IMG/VR virus record: IMGVR_UViG_3300027896_000010
Coordinates: 1 to 64,000 of that record
Direction: 5' to 3' (one strand)
Source of the DNA: a virus
DNA length: 64,000 nt
Numbering within the stretch: the stretch's first letter is position 1; every line of letters starts with the position of its first letter. The notes under the pieces were generated by a model that searched no databases, was not told where the DNA came from, and saw nothing but the letters and a program-made list of their open reading frames with translations. Below are positions 17,376 through 26,010 of this stretch, one piece after another. The position numbers and the translations under genes were made by a program.

Positions 17376-17716
17376 TACTTACTATCCTTTATCCGCAAGT
17401 TTTCTATCATAGTCTCAATCTCAGCCCGATTACTATGAGGACAGACTACAGATTTGCCTTGAGGTTTCTTGCCCAGCCTCATCAGTTCGGTGATAATTGG
17501 GTCAGCGTATTCTTCAAACAACCAGTTAATTTCATCCTGCGGGATGTCCTCTATCTTCAAAGGCTCACAAACCCATGAAATATAATTGGTCTTGTTACAA
17601 CTCCGACACACAAAGTCAATCGACCCGCAAGTAGGCGCATACCAGACCTCGTCTGGATACTGCTCCCCACAATATGCACAGTTCAAGCCTTCGAGAGTAA
17701 AACGGTCACCCATCAC
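17375..17716 (-). CDS. zinc-ribbon protein
   Basis: CAYCG..CGS..CRSC. Confidence 0.6.
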   Translation of the reverse strand: MMGDRFTLEGLNCAYCGEQYPDEVWYAPTCGSIDFVCRSCNKTNYISWVCEPLKIEDIPQDEINWLFEEYADPIITELMRLGKKPQGKSVVCPHSNRAEIETMIENLRIKDSK

Positions 17717-17901
17717 TCATCACTCCACGCGATGTATATGACTCTGCCAAGTTCCTCGAAAAGTTTGTTCATCTCATCTCGATACTCTACCCATGCATTA
17801 TGGGCTTCAACAATACGCTCTTCCAACGGGAACCGAACAGTACGCCCGTCGAAGATGAATCCATGCATCTCCAGTAGCCTTTGCATCTGCTTCTCATTCA
17901 T
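17713..17901 (-). CDS. small hypothetical protein
   Basis: start reassigned to MNEKQ at 17901, overlapping the ligase stop. Confidence 0.5.
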   Translation of the reverse strand: MNEKQMQRLLEMHGFIFDGRTVRFPLEERIVEAHNAWVEYRDEMNKLFEELGRVIYIAWSDE

Positions 17902-19261
17902 CTCTTCCCACCCTCTCTCCGAAAGACTTCGTAGCCAACAACTCTTTGTACCACTCCGGTAGCCCAGCAACCGCCTTGCGCTTAAGGTCTCCACCAAACT
18001 CTTTCCAGAGAAATGCAAGTATCTCGTCCTTACACTCTCCCTCTATATCCAAGTGGACTTCTTTAAGTAGCCGCCCTATGTCTCTCGGCGCAGACTCAAG
18101 CTCACCCTTGTCTGCAAGATGCTGAACAGCTTTCTGCCAACGAGCTTCAGACCTGTACTGCTCACAGAAAACTTCCCATCTGCCTTTGGACTTATTCTCG
18201 CGGTTCCAGTCCTTCTCGTGCTTCTCCTTATACTTCTCGGACACGAATTTACCCATCATCAGCGGAATAGGCTGACCGCCCAACAGGAATGGTCTGGCGT
18301 AGTTCTTGCAAACCACACCCTCTACTTTATTGCCGCCCAGAAAGCTGTCGGTCTCAAGCAGTTCTACCAACTGCTCTATGGACTCGACCATGCCATAGTA
18401 AAGCATTGGCGCTACATCTATCTCTAGAAGCCTAGCATAGTCCTTAAGCTCATCATGAACGCTCACAAACTTCATAGAAGTATCTGACACCCCAAACAAT
18501 ACCAAGTTATTCTCTGGCACACGCTCATAGGCAAGGACATTGTGCCTTGAGGCCCGAAGATACTCAGCGTGGAATACCGTGTTATCAGGTATCCTGTCCT
18601 CTATCGACAATATATAATCGATAGCCTTATCGAACATCTTCTCTGGAAACTCTATGAATATCTCCTTGCCCTTGCTCCGCATACACAACTCTCCATCCAA
18701 CCTGCCGAAATTAAACTGGCTGTTGTGAACGAGAATGTTATTAACCAAGTAATTATGATTGCCTTCAACGCTAATGTCATATTTAGTTTTGTTGTGGGGC
18801 GTAAACGATTCTATTGAAAGAATCTCCCGGGGTTCAACAGGATTACCAGCCAGTTCTCTATGCAACACTCTTTCACCAACAGATATATCGTCAGCCTTGA
18901 CCCAACCTCTCCCGTCAATTTTTATATGGTGATTTGGGGTACAACGCAAGGCGTAACTTTGACCATGATAGCCCTTGACACTTATCTTCATCCAGTCCTT
19001 GGTTGTCCCATTTTTATGCCACCCGTTAATTGAGCAGACCTCCACTAGACCTGTCTCTTCATTAAAAGACAATACGTCCAAGAGCATTCGATTGTTAACA
19101 ATCTTGCCAATCTTCTCCTTGGAACCATCAGCCAAAATCACCAAACTCTCATAATCAAAACAACCATCCACCTTCTCCGTAATTTCGACTGGCTCATTGA
19201 AGAGGTCTCGTATGTAGTCCTGCCCTATAGCGAATATCTTAGGGAATGCCCTAAGCCCCAT
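17894..19261 (-). CDS. Rnl2-like ATP-dependent RNA ligase, intein-interrupted
   Basis: motif I EKVDG|SQF, III FHAEY, IIIa LVLFGV, IV EGVVCK, V KFVSEKYKE. Confidence 0.8.
   Translation of the reverse strand: MGLRAFPKIFAIGQDYIRDLFNEPVEITEKVDGCFDYESLVILADGSKEKIGKIVNNRMLLDVLSFNEETGLVEVCSINGWHKNGTTKDWMKISVKGYHGQSYALRCTPNHHIKIDGRGWVKADDISVGERVLHRELAGNPVEPREILSIESFTPHNKTKYDISVEGNHNYLVNNILVHNSQFNFGRLDGELCMRSKGKEIFIEFPEKMFDKAIDYILSIEDRIPDNTVFHAEYLRASRHNVLAYERVPENNLVLFGVSDTSMKFVSVHDELKDYARLLEIDVAPMLYYGMVESIEQLVELLETDSFLGGNKVEGVVCKNYARPFLLGGQPIPLMMGKFVSEKYKEKHEKDWNRENKSKGRWEVFCEQYRSEARWQKAVQHLADKGELESAPRDIGRLLKEVHLDIEGECKDEILAFLWKEFGGDLKRKAVAGLPEWYKELLATKSFGERVGRDE
18722..19162 (-). mobile_element. 147-aa mini-intein (no endonuclease)
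   Basis: C1 CFDYES, block B CTPNHH, block F YDISVEGNHNY, ends ILVHN followed by Ser+1. Confidence 0.9.
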
Positions 19262-19279
19262 AGCCCTACTCCTTTCCTC

Positions 19280-19462
19280 TCATCCATTCTGCTCGTCTTC
19301 TCCCTTGGAAGTAATACACTTCGTGCCAACGAGGCTCACCAGATGAACCGTGTCATCCTTCATAACTATTCTCATGACAGATTCACCTTGTATCAGGTGT
19401 GCATCCTCACAGTCCTTGAACGTACCTCTCATGCCGTCCCAGTATATAACATTAACATCCAT
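19280..19462 (-). CDS. small hypothetical protein
   Basis: 60-aa ORF with AGGAG SD. Confidence 0.55.
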   Translation of the reverse strand: MDVNVIYWDGMRGTFKDCEDAHLIQGESVMRIVMKDDTVHLVSLVGTKCITSKGEDEQNG

Positions 19463-19486
19463 TTCCTACTCCTTTCTCCTTGCCTA

Positions 19487-19666
19487 TTATTTCGACCTGT
19501 GATGGTCATCTCCCTCTGCTTCTGCTATTTCTCGTTGAGTTTTCTTGCTCGGCTTATCACCTATCCAGACTATTTCATCTTCCTCTTCTTCATCGAACGG
19601 CCCTCTGGCACATGGCAGGTTCGCTGGTGTGGCAGGATATGTTTCTATCCATCCTTGTTTCTTCAT
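19487..19666 (-). CDS. 59-aa acidic protein with TQREIAE motif (below ORF-track cutoff)
   Basis: ATGA-coupled to the upstream stop; MKKQGWIETY...KKTQREIAEAEGDDHHRSK. Confidence 0.55.
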   Translation of the reverse strand: MKKQGWIETYPATPANLPCARGPFDEEEEDEIVWIGDKPSKKTQREIAEAEGDDHHRSK

Positions 19667-19893
19667 GCGCTAACCCTCTTGCCTTCGTATATCATATCAC
19701 AATCGCAGAAAACGCACTTCTGCTTCTTGTTCTTGTGCCAAGGATAAGCCAGTAGACCTATATGGCACTCTGGGCAATCGAACACATGGGTCTGGTACTT
19801 AATAAGAAAATCTTCCCACATGAAACATAGGCGGGTCAATCTCGAAACTATAATCTCTCCGTTTTCGGTCTGGCCTATTTCCTTATAATACAT
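19663..19893 (-). CDS. zinc-ribbon protein
   Basis: CPEC..CVFCDC. Confidence 0.55.
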   Translation of the reverse strand: MYYKEIGQTENGEIIVSRLTRLCFMWEDFLIKYQTHVFDCPECHIGLLAYPWHKNKKQKCVFCDCDMIYEGKRVSA

Positions 19894-20268
19894 CTATAAC
19901 ACCTTGACCAGAATCACGACCAGAACGCCCGATAACAATGTGATAGCACCACCCATAATCCATATGGCTCCCCTGTAGAAATTTATGGTGCTTTCCAAGT
20001 CAGCAATGCGCCTCACAAACCCTTCGGGTGAGAACAACAGCCTATCATATTCTTCAAATTTCTGCCTATACGGACAAAGCTCCCCTCTATGCACTGGGCT
20101 ATCAATAACTTGCGCCTTAGTATCCAAGTCATTCGCAAACTTCTCAAGCTTTATCAGTCTATCGTTTATGCTCTTCAATTGCTCAGCCAGTGTAGCCGTT
20201 GTCAGAGCCAACTGCTCTGCCGCCGAAGTCAGCTTATCCAGTGTTGGTTTATATTCCTCAAACCCCAT
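19894..20268 (-). CDS. coiled-coil protein with C-terminal transmembrane helix
   Basis: heptad-rich N-terminus; GAIWIMGGAITLLSGVLVVILV. Confidence 0.6.
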   Translation of the reverse strand: MGFEEYKPTLDKLTSAAEQLALTTATLAEQLKSINDRLIKLEKFANDLDTKAQVIDSPVHRGELCPYRQKFEEYDRLLFSPEGFVRRIADLESTINFYRGAIWIMGGAITLLSGVLVVILVKVL

Positions 20269-20782
20269 GCGCCTGACTCTCCTTCAAAATCAAAGTAACC
20301 TCTTCCATAGCAGATTGCGCTTGGTCATATGCATCCCCAAGCTTGGCGAATACTTCGATAAGTATCTTCTGGAACTCTTTTTCTTTGGCTACTTCTGCTG
20401 TCGCCGCTACGACATCAATAAGTTCCTTGGGACTGGTCGTCTTGGGGAGAAACTTATCAACACCAATGTTAATTGCTTTTAAGAGGATATCTTTTTCGGT
20501 GTTATTGGATACAACTATTATACCTATATCAGGGCGTTGCGCTTTTGCTTTTTGGGCAAACTCCAGCCCTGCCGCCCTATCAGGAGATTCGTCTGGAAAG
20601 GCAAGGTCTAGGATGACAACGTCAAAGCGTTCATCCCTTATCTGTTTTTCTGCCTCAGACAGGGTGGTACAGACATATGTAACACAACCCGCATCATGCA
20701 GAATCTCCTCTAACAAGAAATCAAAATCATTATCGTCGTCTATAATCAGAACATCATCATCTATCCTAATTTTCGTGTCCAT
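20258..20782 (-). CDS. response regulator receiver-domain protein
   Basis: VLIIDDD acidic pocket, VVILD phospho-acceptor, IIVVS, FLPK lysine. Confidence 0.88.
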   Translation of the reverse strand: MDTKIRIDDDVLIIDDDNDFDFLLEEILHDAGCVTYVCTTLSEAEKQIRDERFDVVILDLAFPDESPDRAAGLEFAQKAKAQRPDIGIIVVSNNTEKDILLKAINIGVDKFLPKTTSPKELIDVVAATAEVAKEKEFQKILIEVFAKLGDAYDQAQSAMEEVTLILKESQAHGV

Positions 20783-21629
20783 TCTCTTTCACTTCCTCTA
20801 AAATAGCATTAGCCCTGTCCATGTTTCTCTGTAACCTGTGAAACAATCCATTAGATGCAAGGATATCGTGTTCCAGTTGAACGGCTCTGGTAATATCCTC
20901 GCCCGTACTAATCGTCGCAATAATCTTGCCATCCCTGTCCCTTATCAGACTGTTATACCAAGACATAGATATTTGTTTACCATTGCAATTCAATATCGTA
21001 TTCTCGTAAGCAGAACTGGTCGCATCTGACACGCCAGAAATAAGCCTTTGGAATTCCAGCTTCACGCACTCTCTCTCATCTTCAGGGACAAAACAATTAA
21101 ACCAGTTATGACCGATAATATCTTCCCTAGAACATTCCAGTATTGCAAGCCCCTTATTGTTAATATCTATTACCGTTTCATCGTGCTGGATTACTATCAT
21201 AAAAACTGGAGCCATATAAAAATATGAATGAGCCATCGAATAGCCATTGCCGAAAACTTCTTTCTGCATCAACTGATAAGACATATCTCTGAATATGCCC
21301 CACATCCCTATAGGATTTCCATCGTCATCTTTTATCAACCACACTCGAAGGTTAACTGGGAATATAGTGCCATCCTTGCGTATATATGCTTTCTCGTAAG
21401 GGTCTGCATGCCCTTTTGTCATTATCTGTTCTCTTACAATCTTCTCTTCAAAACTATGCCATTGCTCTGGAGTTAGGTCTTGATAGGTCAACTTTTTCAA
21501 CTCGTCCAGAGAATAGCCCACCATTGTTTGATACGCCCTATTGGCGTCCATGATATGCCCCTCCATATCAGTCAATAGAATCCCATCTAAACTGGTTTCA
21601 AACATATGCTGGTATCTTGTGTCCATCAC
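20766..21629 (-). CDS. tandem PAS/PAC-domain protein without a kinase domain
   Basis: two PAS-PAC repeats (ILLTD..G.I..AN; YIRKDGTIFPV; IIG.NWF; GEDIT). Confidence 0.85.
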   Translation of the reverse strand: MMDTRYQHMFETSLDGILLTDMEGHIMDANRAYQTMVGYSLDELKKLTYQDLTPEQWHSFEEKIVREQIMTKGHADPYEKAYIRKDGTIFPVNLRVWLIKDDDGNPIGMWGIFRDMSYQLMQKEVFGNGYSMAHSYFYMAPVFMIVIQHDETVIDINNKGLAILECSREDIIGHNWFNCFVPEDERECVKLEFQRLISGVSDATSSAYENTILNCNGKQISMSWYNSLIRDRDGKIIATISTGEDITRAVQLEHDILASNGLFHRLQRNMDRANAILEEVKENGHEN

Positions 21630-22087
21630 TCCTCCAAAACAATAATTCTAAGTCCATCCATGACCCCTAATATTTGCTTCTCACATCTCTGCTCTCCGTT
21701 ATCAAGCTCGTTCGTTCTCTGCCATCCTATACAATACATAATGTCATCGCTCAACTGCCCCGCACCGAATGATACCACCTGTGTGTGACGTCTGAAGAAG
21801 ATAAGTCTTCGAGGGGCTTCGTTCTCGTCATCAGGAGTAAGCGCCAGTTGGGCGTTGTTGATTGTGAACACCCCTGAATTCAAATCCACCCCAACTATAT
21901 TAGGCCCATCTGTGATGCAAAACCCTGCTATCCTGTTCTGGTCGATATCCCCAAAAGATACCTCTTCATCTTCCCAGTACTGAGTCAATGCTTGCCCATC
22001 ACTATAAATAGCCACCCAGTTGTACTCACACTCATCTGTCCTTAACCAATCGCCTTCCATTACCTGTGCCTGTGCTACCTCAGTCAT
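21626..22087 (-). CDS. hypothetical protein
   Basis: WVAIYSDG..L.Q, RRLIFFRR, YCIGWQ; strong GGAGG SD. Confidence 0.6.
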   Translation of the reverse strand: MTEVAQAQVMEGDWLRTDECEYNWVAIYSDGQALTQYWEDEEVSFGDIDQNRIAGFCITDGPNIVGVDLNSGVFTINNAQLALTPDDENEAPRRLIFFRRHTQVVSFGAGQLSDDIMYCIGWQRTNELDNGEQRCEKQILGVMDGLRIIVLEE

Positions 22088-22111
22088 AATTCCTCCTTGT
22101 CTATTTCCACT

Positions 22112-22137
22112 AAAAAAGCCTCTTTCTCAGAGGCTTA
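22112..22137 (-). terminator. intrinsic terminator closing the leader-gene cluster
   Basis: AAGCCTCT-gagaa-AGAGGCTT followed by TTTT on the minus strand. Confidence 0.75.
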
Positions 22138-22165
22138 CGAAAACCGACTTGTCTTTATCTAATAC

Positions 22166-22390
22166 TTAATCCTGCCATGCATTTTCAAGAGCATCCAAAG
22201 CGGCACCCACTGCAACGGCAGAAGAAACATCATCCATAAGATTTTTGTCCATTAATTCATCCAACAAGCCGTAAACAGAATCCATAAGCCTAGAAACCTT
22301 TGCTTCATACATATCTAAATCGGAGTCATCAGAGCCAAGAACCTCCCTCACTGCCTTCGCTACGACCTGCTCAATCCTCTCTTCATCCAT
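22166..22390 (-). CDS. leader-A acidic protein
   Basis: MDEERIEQVVAKAVREVLG. Confidence 0.75.
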   Translation of the reverse strand: MDEERIEQVVAKAVREVLGSDDSDLDMYEAKVSRLMDSVYGLLDELMDKNLMDDVSSAVAVGAALDALENAWQD

Positions 22391-22406
22391 TTTCTTCCTC
22401 CTATGA

Positions 22407-22700
22407 TTAGACCCCTCGCCGGGAATTCTGGTAAGCTATTTCCTTGTCCAGAGCCTTCAAATACTTCTCGACCATATCTGTCAGGCGACTGGTATTCATG
22501 TCCATATCAGACTGGAAATACCACCCAAGGAACTCCTCGTTCTCTGTTCGCCAGTCTGCCAGCAAATCATAAACATCCTCCAAGCCCGACATGGCTTGCT
22601 CCAGCGAAGCAACTAGATTCCCAGTGTCTTCCCAATTGATGTCTCCCAGCACTTCCTTGACCACTTTTGATACTACTGCTTCAAGCCTTTCTTCATCCAT
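22407..22700 (-). CDS. leader-A acidic protein
   Basis: MDEERLEAVVSKVVKEVLG. Confidence 0.75.
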   Translation of the reverse strand: MDEERLEAVVSKVVKEVLGDINWEDTGNLVASLEQAMSGLEDVYDLLADWRTENEEFLGWYFQSDMDMNTSRLTDMVEKYLKALDKEIAYQNSRRGV

Positions 22701-22701
22701 G

Positions 22702-22974
22702 TTATTCTCCTTGACTTAAGTCGCTCTGAACGTTCTCGCATATCTCCTGACACAAATCCCACAGGGCATCTTCTACTGACGCTGTGCGACACTCCAATGG
22801 TATAACCTGAACAGTCGCCTCGAACACATCGTATACGAAATCATCGAGCGACCCCATGTCTTCATACAAAGTCAGAGCATAGTTCTCGGTATCGCTAGCG
22901 AGGCGTTCGATATCAATCGCGTCTTCGTCTATCTTGAACTGCGCTACGAGTCTTTGAGATGGCTTGAGTTGCAT
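22702..22974 (-). CDS. acidic protein with SQRLVA (motif B) N-terminus
   Basis: MQLKPSQRLVAQ. Confidence 0.65.
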   Translation of the reverse strand: MQLKPSQRLVAQFKIDEDAIDIERLASDTENYALTLYEDMGSLDDFVYDVFEATVQVIPLECRTASVEDALWDLCQEICENVQSDLSQGE

Positions 22975-22984
22975 TACATCCCTC

Positions 22985-23320
22985 CTAGAACGATGGGGGT
23001 AATTCTTTGCCTAGTCTATCCAAGACCTTCCCTGCCAAGTTCAGAGCAGAACCGGCATCATCGCCCTGATTCATCATTGTCCTCAAAATATTGAGAGCCG
23101 CTACCACATTCGAATCCAGCCTTAATGCGTCACTAACAGCAATAGCCGCTTCCCTGCACCACTTGCTGGTATACGCATCATCCATATCAAACTCGAAATG
23201 ATTGACATAATCAGCCAGTTTCTCCATATCAATAATATATCCAATTACAGTATCGCCCCTTTCTGCCAATACTTCTTTCACTACTTTTGATATCACTTCT
23301 TCAAGCCGTTGTTCATCCAT
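22985..23320 (-). CDS. leader-A protein
   Basis: MDEQRLEEVISKVVKEVLA; ATG at 23320 coupled to the upstream TAA. Confidence 0.75.
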   Translation of the reverse strand: MDEQRLEEVISKVVKEVLAERGDTVIGYIIDMEKLADYVNHFEFDMDDAYTSKWCREAAIAVSDALRLDSNVVAALNILRTMMNQGDDAGSALNLAGKVLDRLGKELPPSF

Positions 23321-23712
23321 TACCATTCCTCCTCTAATCCGATTTCTTTTAACAGGTCGGGAACCGAAGTCATCTGGTCTGGGTCTTCTGCCCATACACG
23401 CAGATGCGGAATTATATATGCATCCATCCTTGCCGCAGTATTTGAAGAGCCTACATACTCTGCCGATTCAAACTGTGACTTCACAGCCTCTGCTAGTTCT
23501 ATAGCCTCATAAATTTTTTCCTCAAGCTCTTTGATGGCACCAGCCAGTTCTTCTACTTCAGTGTCTCGATTTTCTCTTTCCTCTTCACCAAGTTCGTCAT
23601 CTTCGTCATCAAACTCGTCGTCTGCAATATGCTCAATATGCATAGCACTCTTCACAACTCGTTCCACCATGTCCTCAAGCTCTTCTATTTCATAGCAATC
23701 AAAATCTGACAT
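23320..23712 (-). CDS. acidic protein with divergent leader-A
   Basis: EELEDMVERVVKSAM. Confidence 0.65.
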   Translation of the reverse strand: MSDFDCYEIEELEDMVERVVKSAMHIEHIADDEFDDEDDELGEEERENRDTEVEELAGAIKELEEKIYEAIELAEAVKSQFESAEYVGSSNTAARMDAYIIPHLRVWAEDPDQMTSVPDLLKEIGLEEEW

Positions 23713-23723
23713 CCTAATCCCTC

Positions 23724-24428
23724 CTACATAAAACCGATATCCTGTTCGACTGTAATAGGCTCGTCCTTAGGGCTAAGCAATTGCTGAAGTTTCTCAGGCG
23801 GTGCCAAATCAAGTGGTTCCGTATTTACAAAATCCATCAACTGCAAGGCATCCAGCATTACCTTGGTGGTACGTTTCCTACCACCCTCGTCCCATTCTAC
23901 TATGGCAAAATTGGGAGTAATCTCTATCACCGTTATCCTCTGACCCTTGGATACTCGCACTGGAAACCCATTGGGGTATCTGACGGTAGCGGTGTCGCCC
24001 TCTTCTAGTTCCCTGAATGCCAGCTTAGCTACGTGTTGTACTACTTTATTAAGGTCTTCAATATAATTGTCCACTGCAGATAACAGGTCGGCTTGGACAT
24101 CTCCATTCTCTAACAGTTCCTCTGGAAGACCATCGTATTTCTTAAGCAACCGAATGATATCAAATGGGATAGTGGGAAAAAATGCCGTAGCGGGGATTCC
24201 CTTGAGCTTGTTATAGGTGAACATCAATGCTGGCTTTACCCTGCCCATTTCTACATCCCCACCTATCAATGCTTTCAACAACGTATCCTTAATCTCTCTC
24301 AAGGCATAAGTTGAATCTATCAATGCTGGATAGTATTCGTCTATGGAATGCTGGGGCGGGGGCAACGCTTTGGGCTTCGACTCCTCTATTGCTTCTGCTA
24401 TGACTTCTTTCAGCGAATAATACCGCAT
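23724..24428 (-). CDS. hypothetical protein, possible C-terminal SH3-like barrel
   Basis: 234 aa; GDTATV..VSKGQRITVIEITPNFAIVEW. Confidence 0.6.
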   Translation of the reverse strand: MRYYSLKEVIAEAIEESKPKALPPPQHSIDEYYPALIDSTYALREIKDTLLKALIGGDVEMGRVKPALMFTYNKLKGIPATAFFPTIPFDIIRLLKKYDGLPEELLENGDVQADLLSAVDNYIEDLNKVVQHVAKLAFRELEEGDTATVRYPNGFPVRVSKGQRITVIEITPNFAIVEWDEGGRKRTTKVMLDALQLMDFVNTEPLDLAPPEKLQQLLSPKDEPITVEQDIGFM

Positions 24429-24452
24429 TGCTGTCCCCCCTAGGGCTGCCTT

Positions 24453-24995
24453 TTATATCAGCCCTAATTCAACTAACCAAGATGGATATCCATGAGGACA
24501 GGCCGTGCAGTCTGGTTCCACGCGACACCCATCTGTGGCTTTGGCTACACCATCGTACATCCATTTCTCCATCGTCTTGATGCTGGGCTGTTTGGTCTTG
24601 GGAGTCTTCTTCTGCCGATGCTCTCTCAAAAATTCCCCTGCTTCCTCTGGAGAGATATCCGCAAGAACTTCCTTGACCACCTTACTGATTATCTTCGCAA
24701 GCCTATCTTCATCCATGGTGACTTCCCCCTCGTTATAGTCATACAACTTATCATCAACCCAGTATCTAGGGTCGCTATAGTCTAGCCCTGACTTCAACCC
24801 GCCCTCATATTGCTTGCTACATTCCAACAGAGCCTTCTTCAATTGATGAACCTGCTGTTCTAAATCCGTTATCTTATTGATATAAGCAGTGCATTGGTCT
24901 TTGTGATACATCTTCATCTCGTCCATCTTATGAAGAACTTCTCCAACAGAAGGGTCTTTGCTTAGTGGGGGCAGACCACCTGATTTCTCTTCCAT
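24453..24995 (-). CDS. two-part ORF with internal leader-A start at 24716 and C-terminal Cys/His motif
   Basis: GAGGGG-N-ATG MDEDRLAKIISKVVKEVLA; DGCRVEPDCTACPHG. Confidence 0.7.
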   Translation of the reverse strand: MEEKSGGLPPLSKDPSVGEVLHKMDEMKMYHKDQCTAYINKITDLEQQVHQLKKALLECSKQYEGGLKSGLDYSDPRYWVDDKLYDYNEGEVTMDEDRLAKIISKVVKEVLADISPEEAGEFLREHRQKKTPKTKQPSIKTMEKWMYDGVAKATDGCRVEPDCTACPHGYPSWLVELGLI

Positions 24996-25294
24996 TACTC
25001 TCTCCAGTCTATATTCTTTCTCTCTTCAGTCTTTCTGGTTTTTATGAGAAAGACTTCTAGGGCATCATAGACAGCAGTCAATCTTTCTTTTATCTCCATG
25101 GATTCAGCGATGCCAGCTTCCCCAGAAATCTTCTCCAGCTCATCCTCGGCTTCACCTATCAGATTAAGAGCTTTGTGGGTAGCCACATCATCTTCCTCGC
25201 TCCAGTCTGAAGGATAGGCTCCCTCTTCGGTATCCCAAGCCAAAACCTCTTTCACCACTTTTGATATCACTTCTTCAAGTCTTTGCTCATCCAT
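24995..25294 (-). CDS. leader-A acidic protein
   Basis: MDEQRLEEVISKVVKEVLA. Confidence 0.75.
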   Translation of the reverse strand: MDEQRLEEVISKVVKEVLAWDTEEGAYPSDWSEEDDVATHKALNLIGEAEDELEKISGEAGIAESMEIKERLTAVYDALEVFLIKTRKTEERKNIDWRE

Positions 25295-25295
25295 G

Positions 25296-25724
25296 TTATT
25301 CCTCCGGCTTCACAGGTCGCCGTCTCTCTTGCATCCTCTTGCTCTGCTCTTCGAGGAACCATTCGTAATTATCCTTTGAGGCTCTCGCCCTGAATCGGAG
25401 ATTGTTAACAGCATCCTCAACCTTTGGCTTGAAGTCCTTGACGGTACGAGATACATCCTGAAGGTTGCCTATGACAGAATACCTGTAACTCATATACTCC
25501 CACTGTACCGTATTGGAATTGTTATGAAGATTCTCTTCAATGGTATCAGCTAGCTCAGCGACACTTTCTAGCTGAGTCACAAGAGCCTCTAGCTCATCGG
25601 TTACATCAGCAACCCTGCCTATCATGCCACCCATATCATCTCTAGCATCATACTTGAGTGCCATCTTCTTACCACCCAGTACTTCTGCGACTGCTTCTCG
25701 GACTATCCTTTCAATATCATCCAT
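25296..25724 (-). CDS. leader-A coiled-coil protein
   Basis: MDDIERIVREAVAEVLG..KKMAL. Confidence 0.72.
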   Translation of the reverse strand: MDDIERIVREAVAEVLGGKKMALKYDARDDMGGMIGRVADVTDELEALVTQLESVAELADTIEENLHNNSNTVQWEYMSYRYSVIGNLQDVSRTVKDFKPKVEDAVNNLRFRARASKDNYEWFLEEQSKRMQERRRPVKPEE

Positions 25725-25734
25725 GGCTCTCCCC

Positions 25735-26010
25735 TTAGTGCTTGTGGTGATGACGTCTCATGTGTTGCCTATCGGCTCTCGCTTTCGCCCTGCGCGAAGC
25801 CCTGTTAGGCTCTGTGTTATTAACTTTCTCCTTGGGGAACTTCACCCATACGGAGCGCCCCTTATGAACTATAATTTTGCCCAGAGGATTATCGTTATCT
25901 GGCGGTGGAACCATTAACAAATTGGCATCGTATCCAAATTCTTTTCCTGATTCTGCATCTTGCATTGTGTTCTCCCTAGTGTGAAATAAAGGCAACGTGC
26001 CTAGCACCAT
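25735..26010 (-). CDS. hypothetical protein
   Basis: true start probably MQDAESG, after the upstream stop. Confidence 0.5.
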   Translation of the reverse strand: MVLGTLPLFHTRENTMQDAESGKEFGYDANLLMVPPPDNDNPLGKIIVHKGRSVWVKFPKEKVNNTEPNRASRRAKARADRQHMRRHHHKH

